Shown: piece after piece, positions 26,984 to 35,990 of the stretch
Position numbering within the stretch: position 1 is the first letter of the stretch
How the letters are laid out: the number at the start of each line of letters is the position of its first letter
Notes under the pieces: model-generated
Database searches by the model: none
Told to the model about the DNA's origin: nothing
Seen by the model: only the letters and a program-made list of their open reading frames with translations
IMG/VR virus record: IMGVR_UViG_3300045988_183986
From: a virus
DNA: 64,000 nt
Reading direction: 5' to 3' (one strand)
Program-made: the position numbers and the translations under genes

Positions 26984-28646
26984 TACCGGTTGCCTCCTTT
27001 TTCGTGATGAGTGTATAGATTAACTCCTCTGTAAGAGGAATAGATGTAACATTGGGCAGATGCTCGAATCGAATACCACGAGCCTTACAAATCTGCTTCG
27101 CCTTTCCGTACAAAGAATGGCTCATCTGTGTAACACGGAAAATAACAATGTCACTGTTTGCGATAAGCGCATCGCAAGTAGCCAGATTACACTGGTCAAC
27201 ATACGAGATGTCCGGCTGTGCATTACGAAGCATGTTGACAAAGTTCTGCTGTCCACCGCAGAAAACAATTTTCTTGTTCTTTGCCATCTGATTCAGCTCT
27301 TTATGATAGTCAATGACTTCTGTTTCCTGTTCACAGATACCTGCATCGGAATCATCAAAGTCATCAAACTCGGAAGTTTCTGGCCGAAGCTGAATGAGCT
27401 TTCGCTCTGCGTTCGCCAACAGCTTTTCCAGTTCATGGATTCTACTCTCGGCATCATCGTTCTTTTTGCGCAAAGCCGTTTCTCGTTTCATGGATGTGGC
27501 CTTGAAATCGTAAAGTTCTTTCTTGACCTTTTCCAGTTTGGCGTTTGTACTTGCCTCAGCCACTTCTTTTTTGACTTCGGAAGCTTTTTGCTTTAGCTGC
27601 TCCTCGTATTTTTTGTTTTCGAGTTCGCGTTTTCTCAGCTTTCTCTGGTTATAGATTGTAGTGCTCTTTTCGAGAATCGCATTCTTTTGTTGCTTTTCTC
27701 CAAAAGAAGAAACAACATATTGCCAGACAAGAGCAATATAAGCATCACGAATTCCTCTGTCGATAGACGCTCTATGTACCATCTTTCTCGGGTCTACTGT
27801 GCAGCTCATTGCCATAATTGCGCAAATTCGCTCTTTCATTTTCTCCGTGATGGGGAACTTATAAAGCGAATGATGATTGACACCAATACTGGTAGAAATC
27901 CGAAAAGAACTCATACACATATCGATACGTGGACGACTGGACATATTTAACGGAGGCGCTGGAGCAACGCCATTCTTGACGGCTTGCGTAAAGAAATCCG
28001 CCATTTCCGGCATATCCCAGCTGTTACAGTCACTGTCGTATCGCAGCGCATAAATCATATCGCCGAGTGTGGCGACATCCCAGATATCGGACACTGCTTC
28101 TTTCACAAAGGCCATCATCGCTTCCGTGCCGCTGTCAGAGAAGGAGTTATCAAAATCTTTGACGATTTTCCTGATACTGTCTCCGTCCTTCACGGATGCT
28201 GCCTGAAAAATGTCCAATGCAGCCTTAAATCCATGCGTAATGGTTCTCTTACTCAAATCATTCTCGTGGAACATCTTTTCGAATAGCTTATCCGATTCGC
28301 CGTCGATTTTCTTTACAATCTGGTACAGCGTGGGATTCGTCTTATCGGCTTTGATGACCAGATACGAAAGGATGTCAAGTGCCGTATCTGTCAATCCATC
28401 ATTCCCTGCAAGAATGATGGTAAGGTCATTTTCGCCTTTAAGGATTTTCCTTTTCATCTTCTGGCAATCGTTGTCTGACTGAGCCAGTTCAATGATTTCC
28501 TTCCTCAAAGGGAAGCACTCGATTAGAAAAGCAATCCGCTGATACACAAAATCAACGGTGCTGATTTTAAATTCTCGCGGGAAATCCCTGATTTCAGCAA
28601 TATCATCAGGAATCACAAAGCCGTTAATCACATTCTGTGTAACCAA
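26976..28646 (-). CDS. hypothetical protein (556 aa)
   Basis: Long ORF. Central coiled-coil. No recognisable motifs. Confidence 0.45.
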   Translation of the reverse strand: MVTQNVINGFVIPDDIAEIRDFPREFKISTVDFVYQRIAFLIECFPLRKEIIELAQSDNDCQKMKRKILKGENDLTIILAGNDGLTDTALDILSYLVIKADKTNPTLYQIVKKIDGESDKLFEKMFHENDLSKRTITHGFKAALDIFQAASVKDGDSIRKIVKDFDNSFSDSGTEAMMAFVKEAVSDIWDVATLGDMIYALRYDSDCNSWDMPEMADFFTQAVKNGVAPAPPLNMSSRPRIDMCMSSFRISTSIGVNHHSLYKFPITEKMKERICAIMAMSCTVDPRKMVHRASIDRGIRDAYIALVWQYVVSSFGEKQQKNAILEKSTTIYNQRKLRKRELENKKYEEQLKQKASEVKKEVAEASTNAKLEKVKKELYDFKATSMKRETALRKKNDDAESRIHELEKLLANAERKLIQLRPETSEFDDFDDSDAGICEQETEVIDYHKELNQMAKNKKIVFCGGQQNFVNMLRNAQPDISYVDQCNLATCDALIANSDIVIFRVTQMSHSLYGKAKQICKARGIRFEHLPNVTSIPLTEELIYTLITKKEATGNE

Positions 28647-28670
28647 GTTATCAACTCCTTCACCGGCAGT

Positions 28671-28952
28671 TTAAGTTCGATGAACTTTGTTTTTCATACA
28701 ACAAGGAAGGCAACAGACACCGTATGTGTTATTGCCCCACTCGCAATGCGCTCGACTGCAAATAACACCGCGTTGGGCTTTGACGGTTTTCTTCTCTTCT
28801 TTCTTCTTTTCGATTTCGCCTTCCCGAAGAATGGTCTTTACTTCCTTTGTTGTGATACCATACTTTCTGGCAATCTGAACGACCGTTTTTCCTCCGTTGA
28901 ATTCCTCTACAGCCTGTTCATGTGTTACGCCACAGCCAAATTTTCCGTACAT
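28671..28952 (-). CDS. small HTH + Cys-rich protein
   Basis: GKTVVQIARKYGITTKEVKTIL HTH-like. C-terminal CxxxxHCxWG..CCLPCC. Confidence 0.4.
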   Translation of the reverse strand: MYGKFGCGVTHEQAVEEFNGGKTVVQIARKYGITTKEVKTILREGEIEKKKEEKKTVKAQRGVICSRAHCEWGNNTYGVCCLPCCMKNKVHRT

Positions 28953-29036
28953 GATTTAACCCTCACTCTAAATACGGCAAAAAGGCCATGCGCTCTATTT
29001 CTTATAAGAAATGGCGGTATGGCCTGTTTGCCTCGC

Positions 29037-29555
29037 TTAAATAATCGAGAACTTACGCTTTTTGTTTGTGAACTCAACAATCATAGAAGGACGACGACTG
29101 CCGATAGTCTCTTTCCGATTCTCAGAATCAATGAACAGATAAGGGTTCGTCATCTTAATTCTGGCAGGCAGAAACTTTACCCTTACTCCCTGCTGTCCAT
29201 AAATGTATCTCTGGAACCAGTCAGAGTCCGTAGAAACGGGTAAAAGCATGACGACCGTGGTATTCTTTTTCCTTGACTCCTCGTACGCCTTGCGCACCCA
29301 CAACTTAAAGGACTTATGCCCTGTCGGGGGATTGCAAAATACTGTTTCACCTTTCCAGTCCTGCAAGAGACCATCGACACGCTCCGTGTAATATTTCTTG
29401 CATTTATGATTTTTGTCCGATGCAGCCGCATCCAGAGTGAAACCGTATTCCTTGTTCAGGTCATCGAAAAGCCCCTGAGGCGTCTCCCATTCCTGTTTGT
29501 GAGTATTCTTGACTGCATAAGTCTTATCCGTTGTTTTCGTTTCTACGCTGTTCAT
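29037..29555 (-). CDS. phage/plasmid-type DNA N6-adenine methyltransferase (Dam family)
   Basis: EWETPQGLFDDLNKEYGFTLDAAAS followed by VFCNPPTG (NPPY-like catalytic motif). Typical of orphan Dam MTases of mobile elements. Confidence 0.7.
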   Translation of the reverse strand: MNSVETKTTDKTYAVKNTHKQEWETPQGLFDDLNKEYGFTLDAAASDKNHKCKKYYTERVDGLLQDWKGETVFCNPPTGHKSFKLWVRKAYEESRKKNTTVVMLLPVSTDSDWFQRYIYGQQGVRVKFLPARIKMTNPYLFIDSENRKETIGSRRPSMIVEFTNKKRKFSII

Positions 29556-29584
29556 GGCAATCTTCCCCTTACGATTGATGATGT

Positions 29585-30223
29585 TTATTTCGTGGTCTTT
29601 GGGCCTTTTAAAAGCCCCTTGGTTCTGAGAATGTTCCGCACATATGCAAGGCGTCTTCTGCCAAAGCCATGTGCATTCTGCTTACTTTTGTTTTCGGCAT
29701 AAGCCATATCAGAATACTTGATGCCGTCTTTGTAATGCTTCAAGAGATAATCTGTAACAGTCGTATCTCTGATTGCAAGAATAGCATCGACAATTCTCGC
29801 TTCTTCTTTTTTCGAATAAGGATAATCGTCGATGTTATACCTGACCCCGTCCAGCCCGCAAATGATATTCACGGGCCAACCCTTACGGAAGGCAATGTTT
29901 GCTTCGCGGATATTCCGTTCTGTCATGACATCGCCGGTCTTATCTCTTCTGTGCCTGTACAATGTTCGCTGCGCACAGGCTTTGCATACACCCCGCGCAT
30001 ATATGATAGAAAGCCTATTACAAATAGGGCATTCTTCGATTCGGACATGTTTTCCGGACTTAACGGTTTGATAATCCAATCCGTTGATGTAAGTCTTGTT
30101 GTTAAAGGTGATTGTTTCTGCACCCTTATATTCAGGGAACTCATCTCCTGTATAAATTCCCTTCATCTCTGCGGGGAGAGTATCTGCGTCGCTTTGAAGT
30201 ACGTAGAATTTCTTTTTGCTCAT
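29585..30223 (-). CDS. zinc-finger hypothetical protein
   Basis: CPICN...CKAC pair. 212 aa. Confidence 0.45.
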   Translation of the reverse strand: MSKKKFYVLQSDADTLPAEMKGIYTGDEFPEYKGAETITFNNKTYINGLDYQTVKSGKHVRIEECPICNRLSIIYARGVCKACAQRTLYRHRRDKTGDVMTERNIREANIAFRKGWPVNIICGLDGVRYNIDDYPYSKKEEARIVDAILAIRDTTVTDYLLKHYKDGIKYSDMAYAENKSKQNAHGFGRRRLAYVRNILRTKGLLKGPKTTK

Positions 30224-30242
30224 GGTCTACCACCGTTTCTGT

Positions 30243-30962
30243 TTATCCTGCGATGCTGCTTTCAGCAACCTCGAATGGCTTTACATCAACAAGCCTTACA
30301 GAAACAATGGTAGCAAGCAGGTCTTTGGTGCTATTGAAGATGATGTTCTTCTTCTCGCCAAAGGTATCATAGAACTGAGCAGAGCAGCGATTCGGATTGT
30401 CATCGGTATCCAGCATTTTGAATCCGCTCTCTCCTCTGCACAGCATCGTGGTAATATAACTACCCATGTTGCAGAAGAAATCGGTTGTAGTGAACCGGAA
30501 TACCGGAGGCGTTTTCTTACGGATGGTGATGTACCGCTCGTAAAGCTCTCCGTTGATTTCCGTAACCATCAGAAGTTCAAAGGTACAGATGAACTGCCCT
30601 GCTGTCGGTGACGGAATTCCGTGCGTAGGAGTTCCCTTGTGCTGCGCCGCACTCTCCGCCTCGTACATGATTCCGTACTGTGTAACGTTGACGGTGCCGA
30701 GATTGTCAATCTTCTTGACAGTCTGATGTTTGACGAGATAGCCGTCGTACATAAGACGGTCAATAATTCTCTCGCCCTTGGCTTTCAGATTGTCGCCCTC
30801 AATCGTTGAAACGACTTCGTCAGAACCCTCGTACTGATAGCCAACGACACGACCAAAACATGCAGGCGCATCGTTTTCACTTTCTACTTTCAGGGACATA
30901 ACTGACCCGAAAGGGCAATACTCCGGAATTCTTTTCTTTGCTACATAACGTTTTTCTACCAT
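30243..30962 (-). CDS. hypothetical protein (239 aa)
   Basis: ORF track. Class A promoter at 31120..31156 upstream. Confidence 0.45.
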   Translation of the reverse strand: MVEKRYVAKKRIPEYCPFGSVMSLKVESENDAPACFGRVVGYQYEGSDEVVSTIEGDNLKAKGERIIDRLMYDGYLVKHQTVKKIDNLGTVNVTQYGIMYEAESAAQHKGTPTHGIPSPTAGQFICTFELLMVTEINGELYERYITIRKKTPPVFRFTTTDFFCNMGSYITTMLCRGESGFKMLDTDDNPNRCSAQFYDTFGEKKNIIFNSTKDLLATIVSVRLVDVKPFEVAESSIAG

Positions 30963-31119
30963 TGAATCTGTCCCCCGTATTTGCTTGTTAATTCGTATGA
31001 TATTGCCTATTTATTCTAATATAGTCAACATCAAAAAACTGCGTAAAAAATCGCACAGATGTTCTTCTGCGCTGTTCCACCATAGAAATATCACCGATAT
31101 TCCCTGTTCATCTTGAACA

Positions 31120-31156
31120 TATCTATATTATACCACATTAAAACAAGGTAGTCAAC
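31120..31156 (-). promoter_or_regulatory. class A promoter TTGACT-N17-TATAAT (TGTGGTATAATATA)
   Basis: Minus strand TTGACTaccttgttttaatgTGGTATAATATA. Confidence 0.55.
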
Positions 31157-31162
31157 GACAAA

Positions 31163-31200
31163 AACCGTCGCAAATGTTAGTTTTCGCATTTACGACGGCT
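31163..31200 (-). terminator. rho-independent terminator after flotillin gene
   Basis: 12-bp stem CCGTCGcAAATG/CATTTaCGACGG followed by T-run on minus strand. Confidence 0.5.
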
Positions 31201-31223
31201 GAAGTTATATTTTTTTGAGCAAA

Positions 31224-32759
31224 TTATTTTATATCGCTTGCGTTTTCGTCAGGTTCGATGTGCGCATTGTCATCAGCCTTCTCGATTGCAGGCAAACCGT
31301 GAATGTTGATATTGCGGTCGGTCTTAGCATTGATACTGTTCGCACGAACGATATCGGCCATATCGATACCGGTAGCTTCCTTGACAGTCTGCATGGTCTG
31401 TGCCATCAGCACGGGAACATTCCCAGACACGCCGGAAACGCCAGATGCATCGCCGCCGATGATAGATACCTTGTCGATTGCGGACAAGGGCTGAGCCACA
31501 TTCTTAGCAATATCAGGCAGGACCTTGATAAGCATTTCAGCGACAGCGGCATCGTTGTACTGCTTGTAAGCCTCCGCCTTTTGCTTCATAGCTTCGGCTT
31601 CAGCAATACCCTTCTGACGGATAGCCTCAGCTTCTGCCTTACCTACAAGGGCAATACCTTCGGCTTCCTGCTGCTTTGCAAATTTCTGAGCCTCAGCAGC
31701 GCGTTCGGCTTCGTATTTTTTTGCTTCTGCTTCTTTTTGGCGTTTATACAATTCGGCATCCGCAGCTTTGCGAACCTCTGCATCCAGTTTTCTCTGCTGA
31801 ACCTCGGCTTCCTGTGCAGCAAGGTCGACCATCTTTTTCTGCTTTGCGATTTCCGCATCAGCTTCGGCTTCTTTGATTTCCTTGGCGCGAAGATTTGTCT
31901 GAATCTGTCCTGCAGCGTTGGCATCAGCAGCAGCCTTGTCAGCCTCGGCCTTCAATTTGGCCTTTGCCAGCTGCAATTCATTGTTGCGCTGTGCAATAGC
32001 AGTCTGGGCTTCAACTTCCTTTTCATTGGCTGCCATTTCAGCGTCAGCCTTTGCGCGAGCAATATCACGAGCGGCTTCGGCACGAGCAATCTCTGCGCGT
32101 TTCTTGACGGCTTCTTCCTGCTCAATACCAATAGCCTCAATGACGCCGTGATTGTGACCTTGCGCATCGACGGCGTCTTTTACATCCTGCACATTGAAGG
32201 TCACAACTTCAAGACCCATTTTTGCAAGGTCAGGACGGGCATTTTCGATTACTGACAGCGCCATTTGTTTACGATTTGTGAGAATCTGGTCAACCGTCAT
32301 ATCCGAAACGATTTCGCGCAGGTTGCCTTGCAAGACATCATTTACTTTGTCATTGATGCCTTTTTCGTCCATGCCAAGGAAGTTCGAAATAGCCGACTGC
32401 TGACGACCCGTAATATATTCCTTGACATCCTTTGCACCAGATGCCTGAACCTCAGAGTCGAGAACAGTAGAATTATCGCTGTATACCTGAATCGTTACAA
32501 CAGAATCAATCCAGAGCGATACGCCTTCTTTTGTCTTGACACCCGTCTCAGGGGTTTTGACATCAATTTTCAGAAGACGCATATTCAGCTTATCTGCACG
32601 CTGCAGCACAGGGATGACAAATGTACCCTTTCCACAAACGACCTTGGGCTTTTTCAAGCCGAATCCAGTCACAACGATGGCTGCTGTGGGAGGCGCTTTT
32701 TTGTAGCATGTGAATGCGAACAAAACAAACAATACGACAATGATGATTCCTAAAAACAT
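31224..32759 (-). CDS. flotillin / SPFH (band 7) family protein
   Basis: N-terminal TM. SPFH core followed by long Ala/Glu/Lys-rich heptad region (AEAEA/KAEA repeats). 511 aa, typical of FloA/YqiK-type flotillins. Confidence 0.8.
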   Translation of the reverse strand: MFLGIIIVVLFVLFAFTCYKKAPPTAAIVVTGFGLKKPKVVCGKGTFVIPVLQRADKLNMRLLKIDVKTPETGVKTKEGVSLWIDSVVTIQVYSDNSTVLDSEVQASGAKDVKEYITGRQQSAISNFLGMDEKGINDKVNDVLQGNLREIVSDMTVDQILTNRKQMALSVIENARPDLAKMGLEVVTFNVQDVKDAVDAQGHNHGVIEAIGIEQEEAVKKRAEIARAEAARDIARAKADAEMAANEKEVEAQTAIAQRNNELQLAKAKLKAEADKAAADANAAGQIQTNLRAKEIKEAEADAEIAKQKKMVDLAAQEAEVQQRKLDAEVRKAADAELYKRQKEAEAKKYEAERAAEAQKFAKQQEAEGIALVGKAEAEAIRQKGIAEAEAMKQKAEAYKQYNDAAVAEMLIKVLPDIAKNVAQPLSAIDKVSIIGGDASGVSGVSGNVPVLMAQTMQTVKEATGIDMADIVRANSINAKTDRNINIHGLPAIEKADDNAHIEPDENASDIK

Positions 32760-32774
32760 GGTATACTCCTTTTC

Positions 32775-33005
32775 TTATCTGCAATGGGATTTGCAATACT
32801 TTGACACTTTGCTGGCGACCTCTTTCTTGAATGCATATTCATCACATTGTGCCAAACGCATTTTATATATCTCCTGCTGTTTGGCAACACGAGCCGAATA
32901 GCCTTCGCATACGGAATGACATCCAGCTTTGCGATGTGGGCATTGATAACAGGTTCTAAAAATGTCGTGTTCGCTCGCACTTCCAGTATTGCTGTTCGAT
33001 GTCAT
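32775..33005 (-). CDS. small Cys-rich protein
   Basis: 76 aa with CYQCPHRKAGCHSVCEGY and C-terminal CKSHC. Own promoter at ~33038..33068 (TGTGGTATAATATA). Confidence 0.4.
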   Translation of the reverse strand: MTSNSNTGSASEHDIFRTCYQCPHRKAGCHSVCEGYSARVAKQQEIYKMRLAQCDEYAFKKEVASKVSKYCKSHCR

Positions 33006-33037
33006 AAATGGAACTCCCCCTATCTTTCCAATTGATA

Positions 33038-33068
33038 TATTATATTATACCACAAATAGGCAAAAGAA
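33038..33068 (-). promoter_or_regulatory. class A-type extended -10 promoter (weak -35)
   Basis: tttgTGGTATAATATA on minus strand. Confidence 0.4.
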
Positions 33069-33123
33069 TCAATTAAAAAGATGAGCAAGATACTTCTCGC
33101 TCGCCTTCTGCTTTTCTGTGTTG

Positions 33124-34212
33124 TTAGATTTCTTCGCTGCCTTCGCTATCTTCTTCTTTGCGACTATCCTTAGAGAACCCAACAAAACCGCATGCGCCTG
33201 CGGAAATTCCGAAGATTACTGCCATGATGGGCATGATGAGTCTGTTTCGATATACAGCGCCTACAATGAAATTGGCGTTAGCTACCTGCTCCAATACATA
33301 GTGTGCAATCGCGCAAATCGTAAGTTCAGAAGCGTTACCGAACGATTCATCAAGACCGATGCTGAGCAACGACATGGAATAGGTTGCGCTGGCTACATAC
33401 TTGATTTCGATAGGTGCAGCAGTTTCATATACAGCTACATAGCTCTTGCCGGTATTCTTTTGACCGTAGAAAGACAGTGTGCGGTAGAATCCGCCTTCTG
33501 CCCTTGCTACTGGGTCGCTTGTCCACTTACCGCCTGTGATTTTATAGGAATCACTGTTCAGACCGATGGCAGACATCAAATCGCTCTTATAACCATCCCA
33601 AAGCGGTGTGGCGGGATTGTATGTGTGGACTTTTCCGAGATAGACATATGCGGTGGCACCTTCCGGAATTACGACTTGTCCATCAATCGTGAAATCGACC
33701 CATGTATCGGTGTCCTCGACTTCATTGACCTCTTTCAGAACGCCTTCAACTTCCGTACCATCATCAAGAGTGAAGGTCTTGTTTTGCGGGGCGTTCGGTT
33801 TCTTGTCTTCGCCCTTGTACTCTACTGTCATTTCTGTGGGAATATCGGCTTGTTCTTCCGTGTACTGAACATCTTCGAGCGGCAATTCATACTGTTCTCC
33901 GCCCAGCGTTACAGTATAGGTCTGAGGAACTTCTTTTACAGTCAAATCCGTATATTCTACGGTTTCTTGATACTTGGTATTGAGTTCCCTTTGCTGATAA
34001 TCTACGCTGTCTTCGTCGAGGACATAGGTATTACCGTTCTCCTCAATTTCCTTCGGAAGAGGATTGGCATCGGCTTCTTCTTGGTCCTTGTAATTGAACT
34101 CACGAGTGATATCAATATCAATATCACCAAGAGAAGTCAACGCTTGTGTAGAAATGCATCCTACGCAAAGCAGCGCACTTACAAAAGCAAGCACTCTCAT
34201 TATATTCTTCAT
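33124..34212 (-). CDS. secreted/membrane-anchored surface protein, hypothetical
   Basis: ORF 33124..34329. Likely start MKNIMRVLAFVSALLCVGC (signal peptide). C-terminal hydrophobic segment IMAVIFGISAGACGFVGF. Confidence 0.5.
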   Translation of the reverse strand: MKNIMRVLAFVSALLCVGCISTQALTSLGDIDIDITREFNYKDQEEADANPLPKEIEENGNTYVLDEDSVDYQQRELNTKYQETVEYTDLTVKEVPQTYTVTLGGEQYELPLEDVQYTEEQADIPTEMTVEYKGEDKKPNAPQNKTFTLDDGTEVEGVLKEVNEVEDTDTWVDFTIDGQVVIPEGATAYVYLGKVHTYNPATPLWDGYKSDLMSAIGLNSDSYKITGGKWTSDPVARAEGGFYRTLSFYGQKNTGKSYVAVYETAAPIEIKYVASATYSMSLLSIGLDESFGNASELTICAIAHYVLEQVANANFIVGAVYRNRLIMPIMAVIFGISAGACGFVGFSKDSRKEEDSEGSEEI

Positions 34213-34271
34213 AGCTTTTTTTGGCGTCTTAGCAGCTTGTCTGCCTGTACGCCGCCTCCTTTCGAATTCTC

Positions 34272-34306
34272 CTTTTATTGTATCTACTTTGCAGCAAATA
34301 GCAAAG
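34272..34306 (-). promoter_or_regulatory. class B promoter (TTGCTA-tTTGCTGCAAAGtaga-TACAAT)
   Basis: Contains the conserved TTGCTGCAAAG spacer. Overlaps upstream terminator. Confidence 0.5.
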
Positions 34307-34337
34307 AAAAAAGCCGAGCGGCTTATCACCGCTCGGC
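34304..34337 (-). terminator. rho-independent terminator
   Basis: GCCGAGCGGtgataaGCCGCTCGGC + T-run on minus strand after 34352..34912. Confidence 0.55.
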
Positions 34338-34351
34338 ATCCCCATCACATA

Positions 34352-34912
34352 TCAATCTTCATCGACGTCTTCGTTGACAGTCGTGTTTACTCGTTCCTCT
34401 TTCGGAATGTACTTAGGTGTGGACTCACAACGACATTTGAGTACATATTCACTATCGCCAAACGCAAGTTCCTTTAATGCTAACGGATAGGCAAAAAACA
34501 GCTTCTTGGCAAATGCTTCATCCTTATCAAACGCTTTTGCCAGTTTCTTGTAGAAGAACCAGCAATAAGCAGACAATGCAAGAGTGTAAGCAATGGAATC
34601 GAACTGGAACATTGTAAATCCAGTTCCCAACTCGACATGGTTCATAAAATACCACACCCAAAGCCAAGACGGAACACACTGAATGATAGAGCCTACACCG
34701 TATACCAGCGGATACACGCCATAGGTACCATAGGCGAAAATGAGCGGAGAAGCTCCCTTCTTATATGCCTTATAGGACATTTTCATAACACAAACAAAAA
34801 TAAAAAGAAGTGTTACGGTAGTCAGCAGATTAGCAATGAAGTGTAAGAAGCCAAGCCCCTTCGTACAAAGATGTAAAGTCAATCCTAAATAAAGAATAAT
34901 CGGCATTTTCAT
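34352..34912 (-). CDS. multi-TM membrane protein, hypothetical
   Basis: 186 aa, 5-6 hydrophobic segments. GAGGAGG RBS. Class A promoter at 34922..34958. Confidence 0.45.
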   Translation of the reverse strand: MKMPIILYLGLTLHLCTKGLGFLHFIANLLTTVTLLFIFVCVMKMSYKAYKKGASPLIFAYGTYGVYPLVYGVGSIIQCVPSWLWVWYFMNHVELGTGFTMFQFDSIAYTLALSAYCWFFYKKLAKAFDKDEAFAKKLFFAYPLALKELAFGDSEYVLKCRCESTPKYIPKEERVNTTVNEDVDED

Positions 34913-34921
34913 TCCTCCTCT

Positions 34922-34958
34922 TTTCTATATTATACCACATTTTGCCTTAATGGTCAAC
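34922..34958 (-). promoter_or_regulatory. class A promoter TTGACC-N17-TATAAT
   Basis: TTGACCattaaggcaaaatgTGGTATAATATA on minus strand. Confidence 0.55.
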
Positions 34959-34969
34959 TTGTATAATAC

Positions 34970-35005
34970 AAAAAAGATAGCCGCCCATTTCTGAGCGGCT
35001 ATCTG
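34970..35005 (-). terminator. rho-independent terminator
   Basis: AGATAGCCGCtcagaaatggGCGGCTATCT + TTTTTT on minus strand after lipoprotein gene. Confidence 0.55.
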
Positions 35006-35154
35006 AAGATTTGAGGTCCACATTCAGCGCCTAAACCCTGTTCTGCTTCCCTGATGACTGGTTTTATCGTTGCTCGCCAACCGCAGGTCTATACATCCTG
35101 CATCGCACTTTGAGAAAATAATCGAGTTTATGTGCCAGCCTCACAAGGCGTCTT

Positions 35155-35811
35155 TTAGCCTACTGCAGTTTCGTCAGCAGGGGCCTCGGACTCAGCAGCA
35201 GAATCGGCTTCGGCAGTATCCTCAGAGGAAGCCTCCTCAGTGGATTCGGCGGCATCGCCATCAGTCTCGGCGCTTTCAGCCTCGCTGTCGGAAGCCTCAC
35301 TGTCAGCAGCTTCGGATTCAGCAGTGCTCTCAGCCTCGGATGCAGCCGCTTCCTCAGCAGGCACGGAGGTAGCCACCAGCAGATTGCCCTCGGCATCAGC
35401 CTGACCACAGTTGTACAGATATGCGAACGCGGCGCTCAGATTGTCGAACTTGGACAGGTCAGGAACCTCAACAGTAGAACCGTCATCAGCGGTCTTGGTA
35501 CCGTCGAAATGAACGCTGCCATCCTCGTCATAGCGAACGGTGACGGTATAGCCATCGCTTGCCAGAGCCTCGGTCATATAAGCGGCATAAGCGTTCATGG
35601 TGGTCTTCATCTGGTCCTCGCTCAGAGAAACACCATCGGGCATCTCAGTCAGCTTGCTGTTATCCAGAACCTCAACTGCGGACTCACTGGTCGCGCCGCT
35701 TGCACTGGCAGCATCATCCTTCTTGCCACAACCAACAAATGCAGTGCAGGCCATTGCCATAGCGAGACACAGCGCAGCACCCTTCTTTACAGAACTCTTG
35801 TTAACCTTCTG
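35155..35811 (-). CDS. acidic lipoprotein, hypothetical
   Basis: ORF 35155..35862. Likely start MQKVNKSS with AAAAGGAG RBS. Lipobox LAMAMAC. SEAES/AESE acidic repeats at C-terminus. Confidence 0.5.
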   Translation of the reverse strand, partial: QKVNKSSVKKGAALCLAMAMACTAFVGCGKKDDAASASGATSESAVEVLDNSKLTEMPDGVSLSEDQMKTTMNAYAAYMTEALASDGYTVTVRYDEDGSVHFDGTKTADDGSTVEVPDLSKFDNLSAAFAYLYNCGQADAEGNLLVATSVPAEEAAASEAESTAESEAADSEASDSEAESAETDGDAAESTEEASSEDTAEADSAAESEAPADETAVG

Positions 35812-35875
35812 CATGAGTAACTTCTCCTTTTTCATGTGTGTTTGTTTGATGTGCATAAACAAGCTTCATGCACTA

Positions 35876-35912
35876 TGCTTATATTATACCACCAAAAGCA
35901 TAAATAGTCAAC
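35876..35912 (-). promoter_or_regulatory. class A promoter TTGACT-N17-TATAAT
   Basis: TTGACTatttatgcttttggTGGTATAATATA on minus strand. Confidence 0.55.
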
Positions 35913-35990
35913 AAAGAATAGCGCCCCACAGATTTACCTGCGGAGCGCTATATGTTATCTCTTACGCGGAGTAGAGATTATTTCAGTTGG

